Shown piece after piece: positions 61,118-64,000 of a stretch of DNA of 64,000 nucleotides. Location: assembly GCF_052425735.1 (NCBI RefSeq), contig NC_135758.1, positions 37,200,001-37,264,000 on the forward strand. The letters are read 5' to 3'. Origin of the DNA: Oculina patagonica (lineage: Eukaryota). Position 1 is the stretch's first letter, and every line of letters begins with the position of its first letter. Under the pieces are notes generated by a model. The model searched no databases, was not told the origin of the DNA, and was given only the letters and a program-made list of their open reading frames with translations. The position numbers and the translations under genes were made by a program.

Positions 61118-64000
61118 TAGTCGAGTTGGAAGGTGGGGTTCCCATGCACCCATATGATGTATTTTTCTAACTTACATTTTTGTAATCCTTAGGACGTCTA
61201 GTTAACGAATTTGTATGTTCCCATCTCGAAATATTGTCCCAAGGCCTCGTTTTGGTGGCCTACATGTTGGCGCTCATGGCGGCCATCTTGGATTTTTGAC
61301 AAAATTCTATAATAAACTGTCACTTTTGATTTGGACATCAAAAGAGGCAAGCAAGCTTTATTTCATTACTTTTGCTATAGAAAAGAAATTTTCCAGCTTC
61401 CCATCTTCAAATAATGTCCCAGTGCCACGTTTTGGATACCTTCATGGCGGCCATTTTGGCGGCCATCTTGGATTCTTCACAAAAGTCTATAATGGACCGT
61501 CACTTTCAAACTAGACATCAAACAGAGCATTTTTTCTACGAAGAAACAATTGGCAGTGTTATTTTCCGGGATTTAGCTCCCTAATACAATTTTAATAGTT
61601 TGAACTCGAGATACATAAAAAATGCTGATAATTTACAATTGAAATCCTTGCAGCTTCTAAGGACGATTTGAGGTCATTTGCATTCATATTTTCCAAAATG
61701 AAAAACCCTCTAGAGTTTGAAATTTCAAGATTCAAAAAAGGTTACAACCGCCAGACATCCCCGGTTTTAATGGGGATGGACAAGATGTTCTACTGAATTA
61801 GGGAGTAAGCTGCTCTTCTTTGTTAAATGTTAATGGCATTCAGCATCGCAACTTTACACCACTCAGTAATGTCAAGAGAAAATGTCACTGAGAAGCTGTC
61901 TTAATTGACACAAGCGACTTGCTGGTGCAAAAAATTTATTTGGCAGCAATAGGCTATCACCGGGGCTGTTACCAAATGCTTGCCAAACACCATGATCAAC
62001 TGAAGTGCAGCATAACACCAAATGATACTGCTGTAAGACCCCCTTCACTTTTAAATCATCACCCATATCTTCTTTGTGGCTGTTTCCTCCAGAATAAATT
62101 TTCTGTGAAAGGTTTGACCTTAAATCGTGTAGAAAAACAGAGCAACTCATCATGTTCCCAATGTTCAATGACAAGGACGAAGCTCTAAAGAAGTCCACCT
62201 GAGAACAGATAGAACCTCGAGCACTTGAGCTAAGTAATAGCCGCCAAGATTGCAAGGTGCAAGACGAAAACCTGTTTGTGATGGAGGCCTAGTTCCACCC
62301 ATCCTGTCGCAAATCATCTAACCAATTTCCTGCGTGATACAGATCGTAAGGTGTCTGTGCATCTGAAGGCGTTCACTGCTGTCCTTGATTGCGTTATTGG
62401 GCAGAAGGAAGACAGGTTGCTTACATCTTTGTCTTTTCCATATTCAAGAGTTGCAGATAATTGGCTTCGCTAATGCAGTGTACAGAAGTGAGATTTTGAA
62501 AGAACTTGAACGACTGGAGAGCCATGACATTTTTTATTCAAGAGTTGATCACCGTTGCCAAGGTCAATCCAGATGACAGATTGTATCATACTTCTGGTCT
62601 ACAGCGTCTACAGCGCCAGCATTACTGTTGCAATTCAGTATAGCCTACACATATAAACTCAGTCAGGATAAAAAGACAAGTAAAAGGACTTCGCTCTGCT
62701 CCATCACAGCTCAATCCAACAGGTGCTAGAGGCTACTACCACTTCCGTGGCCTCCAGTCGACGAGCTTGAAGGCAAATGATTGGATGAGCCACTCCCTTC
62801 CGTCCGACCTTGTGAATTTTTTCTGAGCTTTGTCGTCTCTGGTAATTCAGGTGTAGAGTGGCGTGAGAAAGACTGTATGTATCGTTCTTTGTTTTGACCA
62901 GGCATTCTATTACGTGCTCAGCTATTACTATCAGCTCATTTAACTTTCTGTGGTAGTTTTACATCATGCTTGTCGCTATTTTTGCCCTTTCAGTATATTT
63001 TCCATGCTGAAACGAATGTAGAGTGGAAGTTTTCAAAACACATCCTCCTTTGTGCAACTGTACGAGACCCATCTCGCAGTAATCAACTTACCACCATACT
63101 TTGGAAATTTGAGCACTGTGAGACTTATTACTTCGGCTGAGAACTTTAAACAGCAAGGCCCTAGATGAAGTTTCCACTTCCCTCACTTCCCAGATTATTA
63201 CTGGAAAATGCAACAAAGTGTTCACTTTGAATTGGAAAATATGAACAAAAAAAAAACATCAAACATCCATCGCCTAAATTTTGCGAATAGCACCAGTAGG
63301 ATCATGATACAAACAGTATCGTACCCTCTAAACGGAGCACAACAAGCTCCCAAATGTTGATACTCTAGAACACTTGGCTCCTATCCACGTCTACAGTCGA
63401 GTTGGGACCAAATTTCCTTAAGGGAGCTGTGCTTGCTCCACCCACCATAAACAGTGAACATTTCACTTCCATCAACCAGCTCTTTACAGAGTTCTCAGTG
63501 ATAAAGAAGCTGCTGCATGAGGTGGTAAGAGAACGCCAACAGGTAGGTCGGCCAGGCGTATGTGCAGAACACCTTCGATCTTGGTGGCTGGATAATTGCC
63601 TTTCCCCTGATCTGGAAATTTTCAGATGAGTACAAGAACCATTATATCTTGAGTCATTCCAGGGCCATTCCAAATAGAAATGAATTATATCCATATGGGC
63701 ATGGTGACATGTAAACAAATGCAGGGGCTCAGACTACGCTGAAATCTTAATTGAGGCTCAGCTTGACACCACTGGTTTCCTGAGTTGTTTTAGTGAAAGG
63801 CATATGCTAAAGCCCTATTCTGCCCGAAAACATTGAAGCCATCATGACAGCCATATCATCCATGCAGAAAACATATCAAACGCTCTCAATTTATTCTTTA
63901 TAGCAAAATATTGTAAAGAAGGGTTTGTTTTTTCTTTTCGGTTTTCCAGTCCTATGAAAATAACACTCTCAATTTATTCTTCGTAGGGAAAATGCTCTGT
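61118..64000 (+). mobile_element. Heavily decayed Academ transposon running off the window
   Basis: Starts TAGTCGAGTTGG. Relic transposase peptides include YHRGCY, EA*FHPSCRK, KFSKHILLCATVR and IPGPFQIEMNYI...GSDYAEILIEAQL...KAYAKALFC, with many stops. Confidence 0.65.

Overview
AT-rich, intron-containing eukaryotic DNA. The repeat families and gene style suggest a cnidarian, most likely a stony coral; that is an inference and no database was used. I reconstructed by hand four spliced genes that the ORF track mostly misses. These are a promethin/LDAF1-like gene (-), an 8-exon uncharacterised gene (+, ~329 aa), SWI5 (-, 6 exons) and ODAD3/CCDC151 (+, 13 exons, ~545 aa), with SWI5 and ODAD3 head-to-head on a ~240-bp promoter containing an RFX X-box. 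The right half is a tandem segmental duplication (~37540-44250 vs ~49530-61040) carrying two 98.5%-identical orphan class A GPCRs with intronless CDSs. Each copy supplies empty sites for the other's insertions (Academ, Crypton, Kolobok, MITEs). Between the copies lies a decayed RAG1-related (Chapaev-like) transposon. Its two ends carry a heptamer-plus-9-mer arrangement with spacers of 19 and 9 bp, one helical turn apart, reminiscent of the V(D)J 12/23 rule; this is the most intriguing lead but rests on a single decayed copy. The window also holds many MITEs, SINEs and LINE/Penelope relics. I found no CRISPR array, rRNA or intact tRNA.
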